DNA of 64,000 bases from Eledone cirrhosa (lineage: Eukaryota): contig OZ024742.1 in assembly GCA_964016885.1 (NCBI GenBank), positions 27,280,001-27,344,000 of the forward strand, given 5' to 3'. The position numbers were made by a program, and so were the translations under genes. Below the pieces are notes generated by a model that saw only the letters and a program-made list of their open reading frames with translations, ran no database searches and had not been told where the DNA came from. Numbering within the stretch: the stretch's first letter is position 1; every line of letters starts with the position of its first letter. Shown here piece by piece: positions 40,821 to 55,455 of the stretch.

Positions 40821-42655
40821 TCTATAAAGCTCAGTGTATGGTCACGTTTTTTTGTTATAGAAATCTACGATATGGAATTTATTCAATTGAAATTTACAAT
40901 TCAGTATTCGAAATAGCTTCGATTGGGTCTTGGCACATATAATCTTTTTCAATTTCACCCACAATTACGCAAAAAATCGATAAAACTCAATATTTTATGA
41001 TTTCCTCTCTCATTTCAAGTTAGTAACCTCTTTCCATTACCATTCAAAATCTATACAACTTCATACTTTCTGCTAATTTCTCTTTCCAAGTTGAAACAAC
41101 ACGTAAAATGAAACTAAATTATACTTTGCATTTTACATTGTTCATGTTAATGGTGATACTGTCCGTTTTACTCTCTCATATCATCTGCTAACCTCTATCT
41201 ACAACCCACACATTTTGCTACTTTCTCTTTCATACTAAATTTGGTTTATTCACCGTTAGCAGCTACGCGCATCTTTTAAAAATGTGAGTTACAATGTTTT
41301 TCAATCGTTCTAACTTTTAGTTGCTTCAAACTTAATGATTTATTTACAAACACATACAAACACACACTGACATAAATTGATAAAAAAAAATTTAAAGCAA
41401 TTAAAAAACGTGCGGGATTTATAACCACAAATACACACTTAATTAAAAATTAAACTAATAATTTCAGACAATTCTTTTCTTTAAATCGTAAAATTAAACG
41501 ACATAATTATTTTCATTTTCGGCTGTTAATATTCATGGGGATACTAAACAACTCCTGATCCAGAGGACGTCATCAACTATCCAATAGAGGTACTCAATTC
41601 CTTTGAGCCCCCGGACTACCACCACACATTCTCAAACTTAAAGTTGGTGCCCCTATAATGCTCATTAGAAATTTGGTTCCCCCGAAACAATGCAATGGCA
41701 CACGTTTGATCGTTAAGTCCTTATCTCCCAATCTGATTGAGGCCACTATTATCACAGGGTGCGGTCGAGGCAACGTTGTTTCAACTCATACACTTTACAG
41801 ACTAAACAACAAAAACGTTAGCCACATTAACGTACAATTTCGTTTATTCTAAATGTGAGTCTTCAAACTGATTTATTTATTTGCAAACACATACAAACAC
41901 ACACTCACATCAAATGAATAATTAAACTTTAAATCAATTTAACCACGTGCCGGATTTCTAACCACACATACACACTTCATTAACAAATAAAAATTCTAAT
42001 TTGCGACAATTATTTTCTTTCAATCGTAAAATCAAACGACATAATTATTTTCATTTTCGGTTGTTAATCTTCATGGGGATAATACTAACCTTCCATTTCA
42101 CATCATGTGAGTTAACAAATAATTTTTTAAAACACTATTCGCAGACTTCCTTAAACAACAAGATCAATTGCGTAACCGGTATTCATTATGTTGCCGGTAA
42201 AGCTATGAAGCAGGTAAAAGGCTATGTAGTCAGTACGATGTTATATAGCATAAAAAGTTTATATAACCGGTAAATGTTATGTCGCCGTTAGCATGTGTGT
42301 CTGTGTGTGTGTGTATTACCATCAATACACACGTGTGTGTGTGCGTGTTTCAATGTAGTTTTCGTTAACAATGACGAGAGTACAATCGCGCCAGAAACAA
42401 TTGAATTTCTCATTCTTAACTGCTAGGAACGTTCACAGGTTCATTAAGTACATTCAGTAAGGAATAAAAAAAAGTACGGATTGAACCAAAAACCACGACA
42501 TATACAGGCACCAACAAACGTTTTCTTTGTCCTGTCAAAAAGTGGTTGATCCTATCCCATTCACCTACGACCTCAGTTAGGTCAGGCGAAAGTAAAATAG
42601 ACAGGGGATCACCTATGTAGGTACAAACCCGGCAGCGGTATGTCTATTTTTCTAG

Positions 42656-42715
<60 letters not shown>

Positions 42716-42722
42716 TTAATTT

Positions 42723-42795
<73 letters not shown>

Positions 42796-42880
42796 GTGAA
42801 TAAAAATATAACATAAATTCATTTAACACAACTGAAACTGGATTTTAGTCTTCAAATTTATTATTATTACTATATATCTA

Positions 42881-42948
<68 letters not shown>

Positions 42949-43097
42949 ATATATATTCGTATACAGATATTTTTGCATACACAGTAACAACATATAAACA
43001 AACGCATTTATTTGACGAGGCTCGATAAGCATAAATATATATCAAATATATAAGAACCCTAGAGCAAATCCCGAGCAACGCCGGGCCATTCTGCTAG
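40821..43097 (+). mobile_element. Non-autonomous Helitron with Pif1-helicase remnant
   Basis: 5' TC(TATAAAG) after (TA)n, position approximate. 3' hairpin CCCGAGCAACGCCGGG followed by CTAG|T at 43094-43098. Helicase remnant ~41555-41780: [49 protein letters not shown]. Internal ~220-bp direct repeat (41325-41545 / 41860-42082). Confidence 0.82.
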
Positions 43098-43525
43098 TAT
43101 ATATATATATATATATATAAACTCTATTCAGCGTAGTATAATTCAGACAGATTACAGTAAGTTATTCTCCATCACAGAAACATCTCTTCGTGCGGTTTTA
43201 GGGACGAGAGGGTCTGTATAATGTTTTATCAATATATCCTCCTCTTCTAAAGAATACTCCCCTGAAGAGAATTAGAGATTCTTCTAATTTATGTTATTCC
43301 AATTATTTAAAATGCCTTGTGTTCTTTCTTCTGTGTTCGAATCCATGATGGTGAGGGGTGGGGGGTTGTCTATAAGAGCCCGATTAACTTATTTTAGTAA
43401 GCCTGACTTATACTTCTCTAAACAGAGTTTTCGGCGGTTGCGTTTATTATGTAAAATTGCTTCTGTGAGTGATATGTTATCCATTCAGAGATGTTTACTT
43501 ATCAGAGACAAATAACCTTTAAATT

Positions 43526-43630
<105 letters not shown>

Positions 43631-44287
43631 AAGTATTACACGAAGAAACCTAAAACGTCCGCGTGAAGGAAATTAGCAATTTATATGCTTTAACATATGT
43701 TTCTGTGTTTTATTTTAATTGTCTACATATGCTGACTACAATATTTATTGTTCAATCATATGTAACACTTAATTATATATTCCACTTCATTGGAAAGCCT
43801 ATAATGGTGAAAGTCAACTATTCACTACGCGGTAGACTTCAGCATTGCGATTTTCGCTTAAGAAAATGTAAATAAATTAAAATTAGAATAAAATACAGTC
43901 AGTTAGTGTGATACTAGAGAGGAGAGGTAGTGCGTATAAAGAGTTTCACATATGTGTGCTGTGATGTGGAACATTTATACTTTGACCATTGTTATAGGTG
44001 AAGGTTTTGATTTTTACAATATATGGTCGAGAGGGTAGAGAAGGTATAATAACAAGGACAGAAAGGAGAGGGTAGAAATTAAGAGTAGAGTGGGTAAGGA
44101 GGAAAGGAATTAAGAAAATGAGATAGTTTTGAATATTACTAAGGTCTTTGGGGGTGTAAAAAGTTCAAATGCCACAGGAAATGTACTAAATAAGAGGTGG
44201 TAGATCCTAGGAAGTAGGTATCGAACCTTGTGTTTGAAATTAATAATCCTATCTTGCTGGGAATATATATATATAAAATATATATAT

Positions 44288-44470
44288 ATATTGTTATACG
44301 TTGGGAGGGTTATGTTGCATATAAAAACACACACACCTGCTGGTTTTCCCTTCAATTTATTATAAATTTGCGGGTGGTTAATTGGTTGCTTCGATAACCG
44401 GAGGGTTGTTTATATGTGTTCAAAGCTCATTCGTCACACATTCTGTGACCTCCTCAGTGACTAGATTCTA
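44288..44470 (-). mobile_element. pLTR-like repeat with decayed hammerhead (44419-44461)
   Basis: Minus: GTCA-CTGAGGA-GGTCACAGAATGTGTGAC-GAAT-GAGC-TT-TGAA; homologous to 56646-57168. Confidence 0.65.
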
Positions 44471-44582
44471 CACCATCTTGTTTTTGTGTGTTGTGCGTTG
44501 TGTTTTTAGTTGCGCATATATGTATATATATTGGTGTGTGTGTATTACATCTATATATGTATATATTATATATTTATGTATA

Positions 44583-44652
<70 letters not shown>

Positions 44653-44922
44653 AATTATTATAGTAATAATAATATGTATATATTTATATATTTTATATAC
44701 ATATATATATATCCCGTCGAGGTTAACTTTGCCTTTCATCTTTACAATCGATAAAATAAAGTTCCAGTAATGTACCGGGTAATTGCTGGCCTTGTGCCAA
44801 AAGTAGACACAATTGGCATTGATAAATATGCTGGGCCCGTCAACTCCTTATTATACATATATATATATATATATATATTTATTTATATATAGATATATAG
44901 ATATATAGATATATAGAGAGAG

Positions 44923-45013
<91 letters not shown>

Positions 45014-45119
45014 AATAATATATATAATATATATATATATGTGTGTGTTTGTGTGTGTGTTAAGTATTTCCGCAGTAAAGTCAAAGGAAAAAAGAATGCT
45101 CTATATATAAAACAGAGCT

Positions 45120-45419
<300 letters not shown>

Positions 45420-45558
45420 TATTGTAGGTTCCCGACATGTGTCGTGAGAGGGACGCAGTCAAATAAGATACTCAATACGCTGGTAAATTATAGGCCCCTT
45501 TATTATGTAGAAATAACTTCAACAGGACTAGTCCTGTAGAAGTAATCTCTCTCTCTCG

Positions 45559-45649
<91 letters not shown>

Positions 45650-45819
45650 AAAAAAATAAAAGAGTGACTTCACTTGTACTTCTAAATAATTTGATTTAAT
45701 TTTATATGATAATATTATGAGTTGGTAGGTCTAGTAAGTTCTTTGTTAACTTCGGTGGGAAGAATTTTAAAGATTCCCGGTTAACTTCCTTGGAGAACGT
45801 TGTTGCATTCATCGGTGGG

Positions 45820-45890
<71 letters not shown>

Positions 45891-46052
45891 GTATTTACGT
45901 ATCGAGAGAGAGAAAAAAAAAGGGGAAGATAGGTGATACATATAGTTATTTGCCAAGTAGCGTATGCCACAGGTGCTCAATACTAGTGTCGGCAGTATTA
46001 AATATTCGAAGTGTTAATATTTAGTGGGCTAGAGAATTAGCAGAGCGTAAGG

Positions 46053-46876
46053 ACGTGGGAAAGTAAGAAATCGGAGAATAGACCGTTAAAACATGTTTAT
46101 TTAAAACAGCACCTACGTATGTTTCGCCCAGTTGGGCTTCTCAAGGGCATAAATAATCAAAAGTGTTCCTTACATTGCTCGGAAAGAGTTTTGGGGGTTA
46201 AATCCACGTCAAGGTTCATTGCTTGCAAAAATAGCTTGTTTTGATTTTGCAGCAGGTCAAGGGAGGTAACTCTGGCCGGTGTTAGGGCAGTTTTTACGGA
46301 CACATTTTTTTTTACCCGCTACGAGATGAGGTTACAACCTTACCATTGTCGATACTCATGTAATCAACGCTTATTTTGAGAGTTTTTTTTTTTTTTTTTT
46401 TTTTTGCTGCATCTGTTTGTCTGAGTCGTTTGAGGCTGGGTCTGGTATGCAAGGATAGTTTCCTGGGTGTTATTTTGCAGCGCCTACCCACCGGGGTGTT
46501 AAGACTTGTTGCAGGGAGATCCGGTGCACGGTTTCACTCCCCCTCCTTAACCCATCTGAAGAAGGATATTTTTAAGCGATGTGCACAACTTATCGCTGTT
46601 TCAGCTCTGCTGTTTATGAGCTCGTGGGGTGCAGTTATGATGTGGTAGAGCTCCATGAGGCAAAGATCGCATTTCCTCTTGAAGTTGTACGGTGCAGCCC
46701 TGCCGACAATATCCCGGTACGTGGAGAAGCTGATGTTTAACTCTTTCCGAGCAATGTAAGGAACACTTTTGATTATTTATGCCCTTGAGAAGCCCAACTG
46801 GGCGAAACGTACGTAGGTGCTGCTTTAAATAAACATGTTTTAACGGTCTATTCTCCGATTTCTTACTTTCCCACGT
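46053..46876 (-). mobile_element. 5'-truncated Penelope-like element: endonuclease C-terminus, 3' UTR, pLTR (46053-46190) and inverted pLTR (46739-46876)
   Basis: Minus frame from 46740: LNISFSTYRDIVGRAAPYNFKRKCDLCLMELYHIITAPHELINSRAETAISCAHRLK, matching the ..Y....KRC.LCL.E..I....LLN.R.E....C.H tail of Penelope-like GIY-YIG endonucleases. 138-bp inverted arms each carry GCCC-AACT-GGGC-GAAAC.TAC-GTA. Confidence 0.82.
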
Positions 46877-46890
46877 ATATATATATATGT

Positions 46891-46959
<69 letters not shown>

Positions 46960-47234
46960 GTAATAAACGAAAGATATTTACTTTATATCATCTCTATTTC
47001 ATTATATATATTTCGAAGATGTAAAGTGTTATGCTTATCATAAAGCAAATCATGTCCTCCTCAGATAAAATACATAGAAAGTGTATAATATTTTTCCTGA
47101 TATGTTGGTAGACAGAAGAGAGATGTTTCTTGATTGGTTGGTTGATTGGCTGGCTAGTTACTTGGCTGTCTGGTTGGCTGGTTCGTTGGTTGGCTGGTTT
47201 AATCACGCGAAAATTACACACACGCACACACACA

Positions 47235-47303
<69 letters not shown>

Positions 47304-47697
47304 CGAAAGAGAGTGGGGCAGAGAGATAGAGATAAGGCCGTTATACAGAGAGATACAATTAAAGTGTTAGATATTCAGATTGATAGATAGAGAGGGAGGG
47401 GGGGTGGAGAATGAAAGAAACAGATAGACTAAAAGAGAGGAAGTGATATAGAGGGTAAGAGAGAATGGGTGAGTGAGAGAAACACAGAATGAGAATAAGA
47501 TAGAGAGAAGAGAGTAAGAAACACAGAGAGAGAACAACTTTCCATGGAAGTTGAAACAGAGGGGGGTTAGAGGGAGAAAGAGAGAGACAGAGAGAGAGAC
47601 ACTGTGTCAGATACTCTATGTATATGTGTTAGCGTAGATACATTTGTGTGTGATGTGTGTGGGAATAAGAAGGGAAAGAAATCAATTAATATTACCA

Positions 47698-47784
<87 letters not shown>

Positions 47785-48219
47785 GTGTGTGTGTATCTGC
47801 ACGTGCGTATGCCGTTCCACAGAAAGTAAAAATTATAAACATGTGTGAGTGTGTGCGTATGTGTACTTGCACGTGTGGGTGTGTGCGCGTTTGCGTGCGT
47901 GTGTGCATTTGCGTGCATCTGTGTGTGTATGTGTGCGTTCTTGCAGCGTTCCGTAATCGCCATTTATTCCAATCACTCTTGTGCAGACATTCACGTAACT
48001 TTCACTCATTTTTTCATTTAATCCCCATTTTAATTTTCAAAAATGTGTTCACTCTCTACAAAAAGAGACGTGGTAGATGTAGATCATCGGTATTCTACAG
48101 TGTAGCAAAGATGAGTACAGGTAGCCAAAGCAATGTCACTAAAGACCCCTGCATCAACAACATGAAACCGATCGGAGGAGAGCTGCTACACGCAGGTCCA
48201 ATGAGTCACAAGAGGCAAG

Positions 48220-49602
48220 GGGAAAACCGTTAGAACAATTACGTCAACAAAATGTAATCCGCAGGAACCTAGCGTCACAAAAGGAAAGAGAAAAAAGTTT
48301 AGAAGATGCAAGAAAAAGACAAGCTGCCAAAGTTGCCAATCATACAATAGGCCAGCGAGAGATTAGACAAAGAAAAAACCAGGAGTAAACAGTTACTGCA
48401 AGTCTTCGCCAATCATCAGAGGAAAGACATAAGCGTTTTGATCAAGATAGGCTGAATACGTTTGACAAAGAGAAATTGATTGATATTGGAGCAATGTCAA
48501 CAGAGTGCAATTTTTGTAAAGGGAAGAAATTCGAAAGAGAAAGCACCACTATGTGTTGTGGTGGAGGAACGGTTGTTTTACCGACATTTGGTGCACCTCC
48601 AGATTCTTTGAAGTCATTGCATTTGGGAAACACATCAAGTAGCATGCACTTCTTGAAAAACATTGGGAATTATCATTCTGCTTTCCAAATCACCTCCTTT
48701 GGTAGCAATATTATAAGAGAAGGGAACATGAAGCCAACTTTGAAAGTTCAAGGTCAAGTACACCAACGTATTGGGTCTTAGTTGTCAACTGAATGCAAAA
48801 AACTCAGTTTTTACAGCTATATTTTGTGGCAAATTACGAGGAGCAGGGTTTGCAACGGTCATTTAACCTTCCAAATTTGAAAGAAGAGTTAATCTTTGAT
48901 CTGCAAGATATGTTGCATGTAAACAATAGCTACATCAGAAGCTTCAACTATGCATTAGAATCTGCACCACCCACTGAATACAAGATATTTATTGATGCAG
49001 ATAAAAAGCCTGTTGCTGAACACAAAGGCCGCTACAATGCCCATGCCGGAAATGAAGTAGCAGCAATTATTATAGACAACGAATATGGGAAGAGAGATAT
49101 TATTATTCAAGGAAGAGGAAATAAGATGCAGCGGATAAATGCAACCCACCGATTATATGATGCACTCCAGTATCCATTAATCTGTGTATTTGGCCAAGAT
49201 GGATATCATTTGTATTTTTAAAAAAACAGATCTTAAAACAAAAGCTCCTGCGCTGACAAAAGCAGTATACTGTATGAAATAGTATGGTTACCTTTTCATA
49301 TTAAGAGAGCAAGACTTCAATATTCCCCATCGTTCGCGTGAGCTCTTCCAGCAATTTGCCGTTGATATATATGCAAACATTGAAGGAGAAGGCTTCTTTA
49401 CATTAGAACACATCAGAAAGATCTCCGAGTATCAGATTACATTCAGCTGAGAGATGTAATCAGTAATAAAGGAGCATTATCTGCTGATAACATTGGACAG
49501 CTCTGTGTTATTATTACATCAAGCTTTACAGTAAGTACCCAAGATGCACTTACATAGGTCAGACACTGTGGTCGTCCAGACCTCTTCATTACATTCACTG
49601 TC
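48220..49602 (+). pseudogene. Helitron RepHel N-terminal/Rep region, degraded
   Basis: IGAMSTECNFCKGKKF..MCCGGG, YHSAFQITSFG, KVQGQVHQRIGS, FLQLYF, YDALQYPL, LFQQFAVDIYA, QDAL..RHCGRPDLFITFT; several stops and frameshifts. Confidence 0.9.
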
Positions 49603-49731
49603 AGATCTAGTGAAAATATATGCTATTTTCAAAAATACACAGTGACTGCTAATATGCAAATCAAGCCGATCAGTCACTATGTATTTTTGAAAATAGCATA
49701 TATTTTCACTAGCTCTGACAGTTTGGCAGGT

Positions 49732-49793
49732 GAACAGTGAGCTGTACTGATGAAGGGTGATACCCAGAAACATTAGAGTCTGCAGTTCTGTTC
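49732..49793 (+). ncRNA. Type I hammerhead ribozyme motif, intact core, solitary
   Basis: GAGCTGTA (49739)-CTGATGA-A-GGGT-GAT-ACCC-A-GAAAC-ATTAGA-GTC-TGCAGTTC. Stem I is 8 bp with two G.U pairs, extendable by GAACAG/CTGTTC. Predicted GUC cleavage after 49780. Confidence 0.85.
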
Positions 49794-49956
49794 ACATGCC
49801 AACACAAGAGCAAGAATGAAGGGTTCATTCTACTGACATGGTTATAAAATTGAGGCTTGTTTGTATAATTGCAAACGAATCGAAAACAATTATTAATATT
49901 CGAAAAACTCAGATTACATTTATTGTATTCAGCCATGTAGAGCGAAATTTTTCTTT

Positions 49957-50001
<45 letters not shown>

Positions 50002-50645
50002 CTCTTCAGTGTGTGTCTTCTTAATTTCTATAATCAGTTGGGGTCCAACGTTATTAGTATATTATCAGACGTTTTGAAATTCTTTTGTATTTTATTTTGC
50101 CTTATTTTCTTATTTATTTATTGCTTTTTGTATATTGTAGAATAGAAATATATTACACTGGTATCGATTATACCTTTTTCTGTTTTATTGGTGGTACTTT
50201 TGAATTATAGACCGGCATTTTGTCATCATTTACGACCGTGGCTGACATGCTAAAGTGCGTAGTATTCACAAATGTTGATGCTAAGTGGTTTTCGAAGATT
50301 TTAAATGTTTCATAAAACCTGAACTCTTCTTCACAACCAGATCAATCGAGTGAAGCTGTCCTAAGTATGCTATCCATGTAGAGTTATATTGTTATATCAC
50401 AGTTGACCTGGTGGTGTATCCAGTAACCAATCTGCTTCGTGCGTTTCCAATCTATTGTTTATCTGTAGTTTTATTAGTTGGTGATAAAGGCCTGTTTTAT
50501 TCTTAAATTATCATATTCCTTTCCGTTGCCTCTATGGTGACCTCAATATCTTGGCTGGGGTATCTGTTCATTTTTAACCGAAGAAGCATTTTTATCATGC
50601 GCTCCTTGATCCGTACGTGCATCATCTGGACAGTACCATCAACAC

Positions 50646-50647
<2 letters not shown>

Positions 50648-50676
<29 letters not shown>

Positions 50677-51085
50677 CTTCGCCCTTTTATTACTGAGGGT
50701 GTCGTGGGGCAGTCCTCAAACACTCTTTCCAATGGATCCTATCTCAAGCAACCTTTATCAAACTGATCCGGCTGGATTCCCAAGCGAGATCAGCAAAGCT
50801 CATGGATTTTATCCAACCATCTTGCTCAGGGACATCCCCTGGGTCTCCTGTCAGTTGGTTTTGACCGTAAAATCTGTCCAGCGATTCTTTCCTGCGACAT
50901 TCTAACCACATGCCTATAGTATCGGAGCTCGGATCTCTCGACTCGGAGAAGTAGTGGATCTACCTGAAGTGACATTCTGATATCCGAGCAACGCACTCTA
51001 TCGAGTAACATTACTCCAAAGGCCCTTCGGAGGAACCCCATTTCTGCCGCTTGTATTCGCGATCGTATTCTATTGGTCATTAGCC
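50648..51085 (-). mobile_element. 3' end of an RTE/Expander-like LINE with (GAA)n tail
   Basis: RIQAAEMGFLRR..LLDRVRCSDIR..LQVDPLLLRVERSELRYYRHVVRM..RRPRG; (TTC)n at 50648-50680. Confidence 0.88.
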
Positions 51086-51319
51086 AAGATACATGACAGT
51101 AGTTAAGGGTTAGCACGACGAATGACAAATTGAAGGTAGCGAGCAACGCACACGCATATCAAATACAATAAAAATAATTAAAATACCGTATCGAATTAAT
51201 TAGTGGTAAAAATATATTGGAAGGGTAATTCGTTTTGAATGTCTTTTAAGGAACCTGCAAATATATTTATTATTTGAGCGATAAAATAACTACACCAAAA
51301 TCATTAACAGCAATGAAAC

Positions 51320-51580
51320 GTGACTACTGTTACTACTACTGCTGCTGCTACTACTGTTACTAATACTACTGCTGCTGCTACTACTACTTCTACTATTACA
51401 ACACTTACTACTACTACTGCTGCTACTGTTGCTACTACTGCTACTACTACTGCTGTTACTGTTGTTACTACTGCCACTACTACTACTACTGCTACTGCTG
51501 CTACTGTTGCTACTACTACTTCTACAGCTGCTGATGTTACTACTACTACTGCAGCTACAACAACAACTACTACTACTACT
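51320..51580. repeat. (CTA/CTG)n trinucleotide repeat
   Basis: Direct reading. Confidence 0.95.
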
Positions 51581-53439
51581 ATGTGTGTGTTGGTGATTTT
51601 TCCACAGGCACATATACTCTTGAATTAATTCTCAGGGAGATTCAGCGTGATATATTGTGTGACAAGACTGGTCATTTCAGTCCATCCGGCCAGCTTCCAA
51701 AACATTTCTCTCTTCCCACTTTTAAACCACGATTTTTCGCTCATTTAATGACATTTGCCCAAGAAGCCACGCAGTGAGTTCGAAACCGAAACCCAATATT
51801 AGCTGTGTCCACTATCACACTTTACTAAGGAATAGATAGGTAGTGTCCGTAATGGGGGGGGGGGGTCGCCTGCGAAGGCCGTAGCAATTATTTTGTGTCC
51901 TCAGCTGGGCTTTTTAGTTTTAGAATGGCTAGAATGAATTTTTGAATTTAATATCTATATGTATAACTTTTCATTCCAATTTCTTGCACCAAGCTAACTT
52001 AGATATGTAATATTGGGGCGTTTGTTGTGTATTCTATTTTTTGTGTATGAGGGGCCACACATGGTCTAAATCAAACCCTGCCTGCTATCATCTTACGAAT
52101 GCATTTACGGATCTGCTATGCTAGAGCGAAACTAATTTTGTTTTCATAAATAATGAACAAAGGGGGATGGATTAAAGTGAGGTAGATCTTACTGTATAGA
52201 GAAGCAAAGGAAAGGACTATAAATTTCATAAATTAAACGAAAAGGAGGAAAAGTGGAAGGAGTATTAACTCACGGAAGAAAGAAGGGTGGAAGGAGAGGA
52301 CTAAGAAACTCTAAGTCTAAGTCGGAATTGTGTTTTGGCTGCACCCCGCGGGGAAAAAAATGGAAAAGCATTTCCGCAGACGATGGCCAGTGACACCAGT
52401 TGCAAAAGTCACCCCACCTCGTGAGGCTCCTTCCGTAGACAGGCTGATGACGTTCTGATTTTATAGAGAAGCTCGGATTTACATTTTTATATCTTATTTT
52501 TTATTGGTTATATCTTTGTTATTTTGTGTGGACTTTAGATTGGTTAAATTCCTTACACTTCCATTTTTTTTTGTGTGTGATTTTATTGTATTTATCTGAC
52601 ACAAATTTAGCTTTACAATTTATGTTAAATTCTATTTTATTTATCTTCGTTTAGTTTAATCTGTACCCCTTCTGTATTCCCCTGGTTTATTACATTATTT
52701 CGGAATGCGGTACAAAGAAATCTAAGATGGACACATATAATTTTTACCTTTAGTGTATTCTCAGTGTATTAATAGTTTCTGATTTAGGCACAAGGACAAC
52801 GATTTGGGGGAAGAGAAAAATCGATTAAATCGACCTCTGCCTTATTGGTACTTTATTTTATTGACCCTGTAAGGATGAATGTCAAAGCTAACCTCGGCAG
52901 AATTTGATCTCAGAATTTAAAGAACCAGAAGATATACCACGAAACATTTTATCCGAGTTGTTTTAATTCCATCACAATATTTAGATTTTTGTTTGTTTTT
53001 TCAGAGATCCACTTCCATCCAAATGTAATAATTTAAAGGGAATATTTACCCATAGTATAAACTCATTTTTCTTTTCCTTTATCTTATTTTAATCTATATA
53101 ATAGTTTCTGGTTTAGACACAAAACCAACAATTTTCGGTGAGATGAAAGTCGAATAAATCGACCGCAATGCCGTACTAGTATTTTAATTAATTGATTCTG
53201 TAAGGCGATATTTGAACCCACAAAAGGACCAGAAGATACGCCACAAGACGTGTGGTCCGACGCTTTATTATTAACCAACTGATTTTTACTCCATTTCAAT
53301 ATTCAGTTGTTTTTTTATTTAAATCCATTTCTAGCCATCACTAATCATTTGTGGCTGATCTTTACACTTAGTATCCCTCTCGCTCTGATCAATCGACAAA
53401 ATCCCAGACCCTATTTGCTTGCTGAGTGGGGTGGACCTC

Positions 53440-53880
53440 ATCAAATAGGACAAAGGAAACAATGTTTCCATTGGTCTTTCCATTCCTGATATTATCCATC
53501 GGTTGCAACTCCTGGCAGACAGAGCAGAGTGAAATAAAGTGTCTTGCTGGAAAACACAAGACATCACCCGGTCCGAGAATTGAACTCGCAACCATACGAT
53601 TGCGAATGCAACTCCCTAACCACGAGGCCACGCGCCTTCATTTACCCTTAGCATATTCATATGGGGAAGGTGCATGGCTGAGTGGTTAGAGAATTGGATT
53701 CACAATCGTGAGGTTGTAAGTTCGATTCCTGGACCAGGCGATGCCTTATGTCGTTGAGCAAGACACTTTATTTCACGTTGTTCCTTCTACCTGGAGTTGC
53801 GACCGATAGATAGTATTAGCAATTGGAAAGACCAATGGAAACATTGTTTCCTCGATCTGATTTGACGAAAGTCGATCGAA
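53440..53880. mobile_element. Head-to-head pair of tRNA-derived SINEs (53440-53640 minus; 53665-53880 plus)
   Basis: GGAAACAATGTTTCCATTGGTCTTTCCA...GAAATAAAGTGTCTTGCT...CTAACCAC is mirrored by GTGGTTAG...AGCAAGACACTTTATTTC...TGGAAAGACCAATGGAAACATTGTTTCC. Confidence 0.85.
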
Positions 53881-54415
53881 TGTCGATATTCCCAGTTTAT
53901 TAATATTTTCTTCATTATCTTATTTTCAACTGTATCGTTCTCCACGACTTTCTGTCGTGGAAGATTTATCATTTATCATATATAATTTATCATTCGCCAC
54001 AGACTATATATCATTTATCATCTGATACTTACATTTTCTATGATTTTATATCAACTAAACTCCCTTTATCCATATATATTACCTATTTCTTAATTCACCT
54101 CTCATTTCACATCCTACAATGCGCCTACATTAAAGATCATAGTTTTTTATTTTCATTTCTCTGCTGTAGAACTTTATTCGTTCATAGTTTCTTTCATTTT
54201 CTACGTCTTTCTTTTACTCTCATTTTATTTTTAGTTATATTTATATATTTATATGTTTGTGTTATTTATAAAATACCCTATACTATTGTTTTCGTTGTTT
54301 GTGGAGGGGGGGGGGGGTCATTCCATTATTCGATATTTAATGTTTGAGATTAGATATCTGACATTATATACATATATATACACACACACATATATATATA
54401 TATATACACACACAC

Positions 54416-54446
<31 letters not shown>

Positions 54447-54549
54447 TATATATGTATATATACACACATACACATATATGTATATATACACACATACACA
54501 TATATGTATATATACACACATACACACATATATATATATATACACACAC

Positions 54550-54580
<31 letters not shown>

Positions 54581-55109
54581 TATATATATGCATATAATCT
54601 GACACATGATATATATATATATGTGTGTGTGTGAGTGTGTGTATACATGTATATGAATAAATATATATGTGTGTGTATTTATGTATATAAATGTATTTGT
54701 ATATACATACATATATACATATTTATACAAACACATACACACACATACACATACATATATGATAGAAATCTCACAAGCCAGAATCTGACATAGAAATATT
54801 ATATTTATCATAGATACAAGAAAACAATTTTCACATATACACTGCATGAATACAAATATATCTTGTAAAGATTAATGAAATATTAAGAGATATATCTCTA
54901 AAACATAAAGAAAACAAAAAACAAACGGTCTTCTGTTTTGATGGAATTCAACAAATGCGAAACAAATCCTGAAATGACAGATAGAGTTGATTGATGGAAA
55001 CTGAGAGTTGGTCTCGATAATGCCTGCCACATCTATATTTAGTGATTTGAAGTGTTTCAGTAGACGCCCTTCCTTCCACACTAAGCCCAGAACTCGTAAT
55101 ATAATAGGT

Positions 55110-55455
55110 GACTAATTGTCAGAGTCGTTAGAACGTCGGATAGAATGATATCCGTTATTTATTTCGGTTCTCTGCTGTCTGGGTTCAAATCGCACCGAGG
55201 TCAACTTTGCATTTCATGCTTTCGAGATCGATAAAAACGTACTGGGGTCAACTCTTCCTCTATATGTATTTCTCATTTCCCCTCTCTCACTGTCTATCCT
55301 TCTCTGGCAGAAATCTGATATACACAGAACTGGAGAGGAGATGGGCTGCACCAGGTTTAAGAATTGCCCTAGAAATGCTATATGTATATACTGCACCCCC
55401 CAAGACTTCCGGGAACATGCATGCAATATTTAGGTGAACTGGATCCATAGAGTTA

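Noticed and set aside
43255-43295. CTGAAGA followed by hairpin AATTAGA/TCTAATT
   Set aside because: No GAAA or stem I partner; at most a truncated remnant.
46212-46262. Possible SECIS-like hairpin in the Penelope-like 3' UTR (minus strand TTGAC..AAAAC..TGAA)
   Set aside because: Lacks the AUGA quartet start, and no in-frame UGA is visible in the remaining ORF. SECISearch on a family consensus would be needed.
52440-52480. CTGATGA at ~52444
   Set aside because: No convincing stem II-GAAA-UH arrangement.
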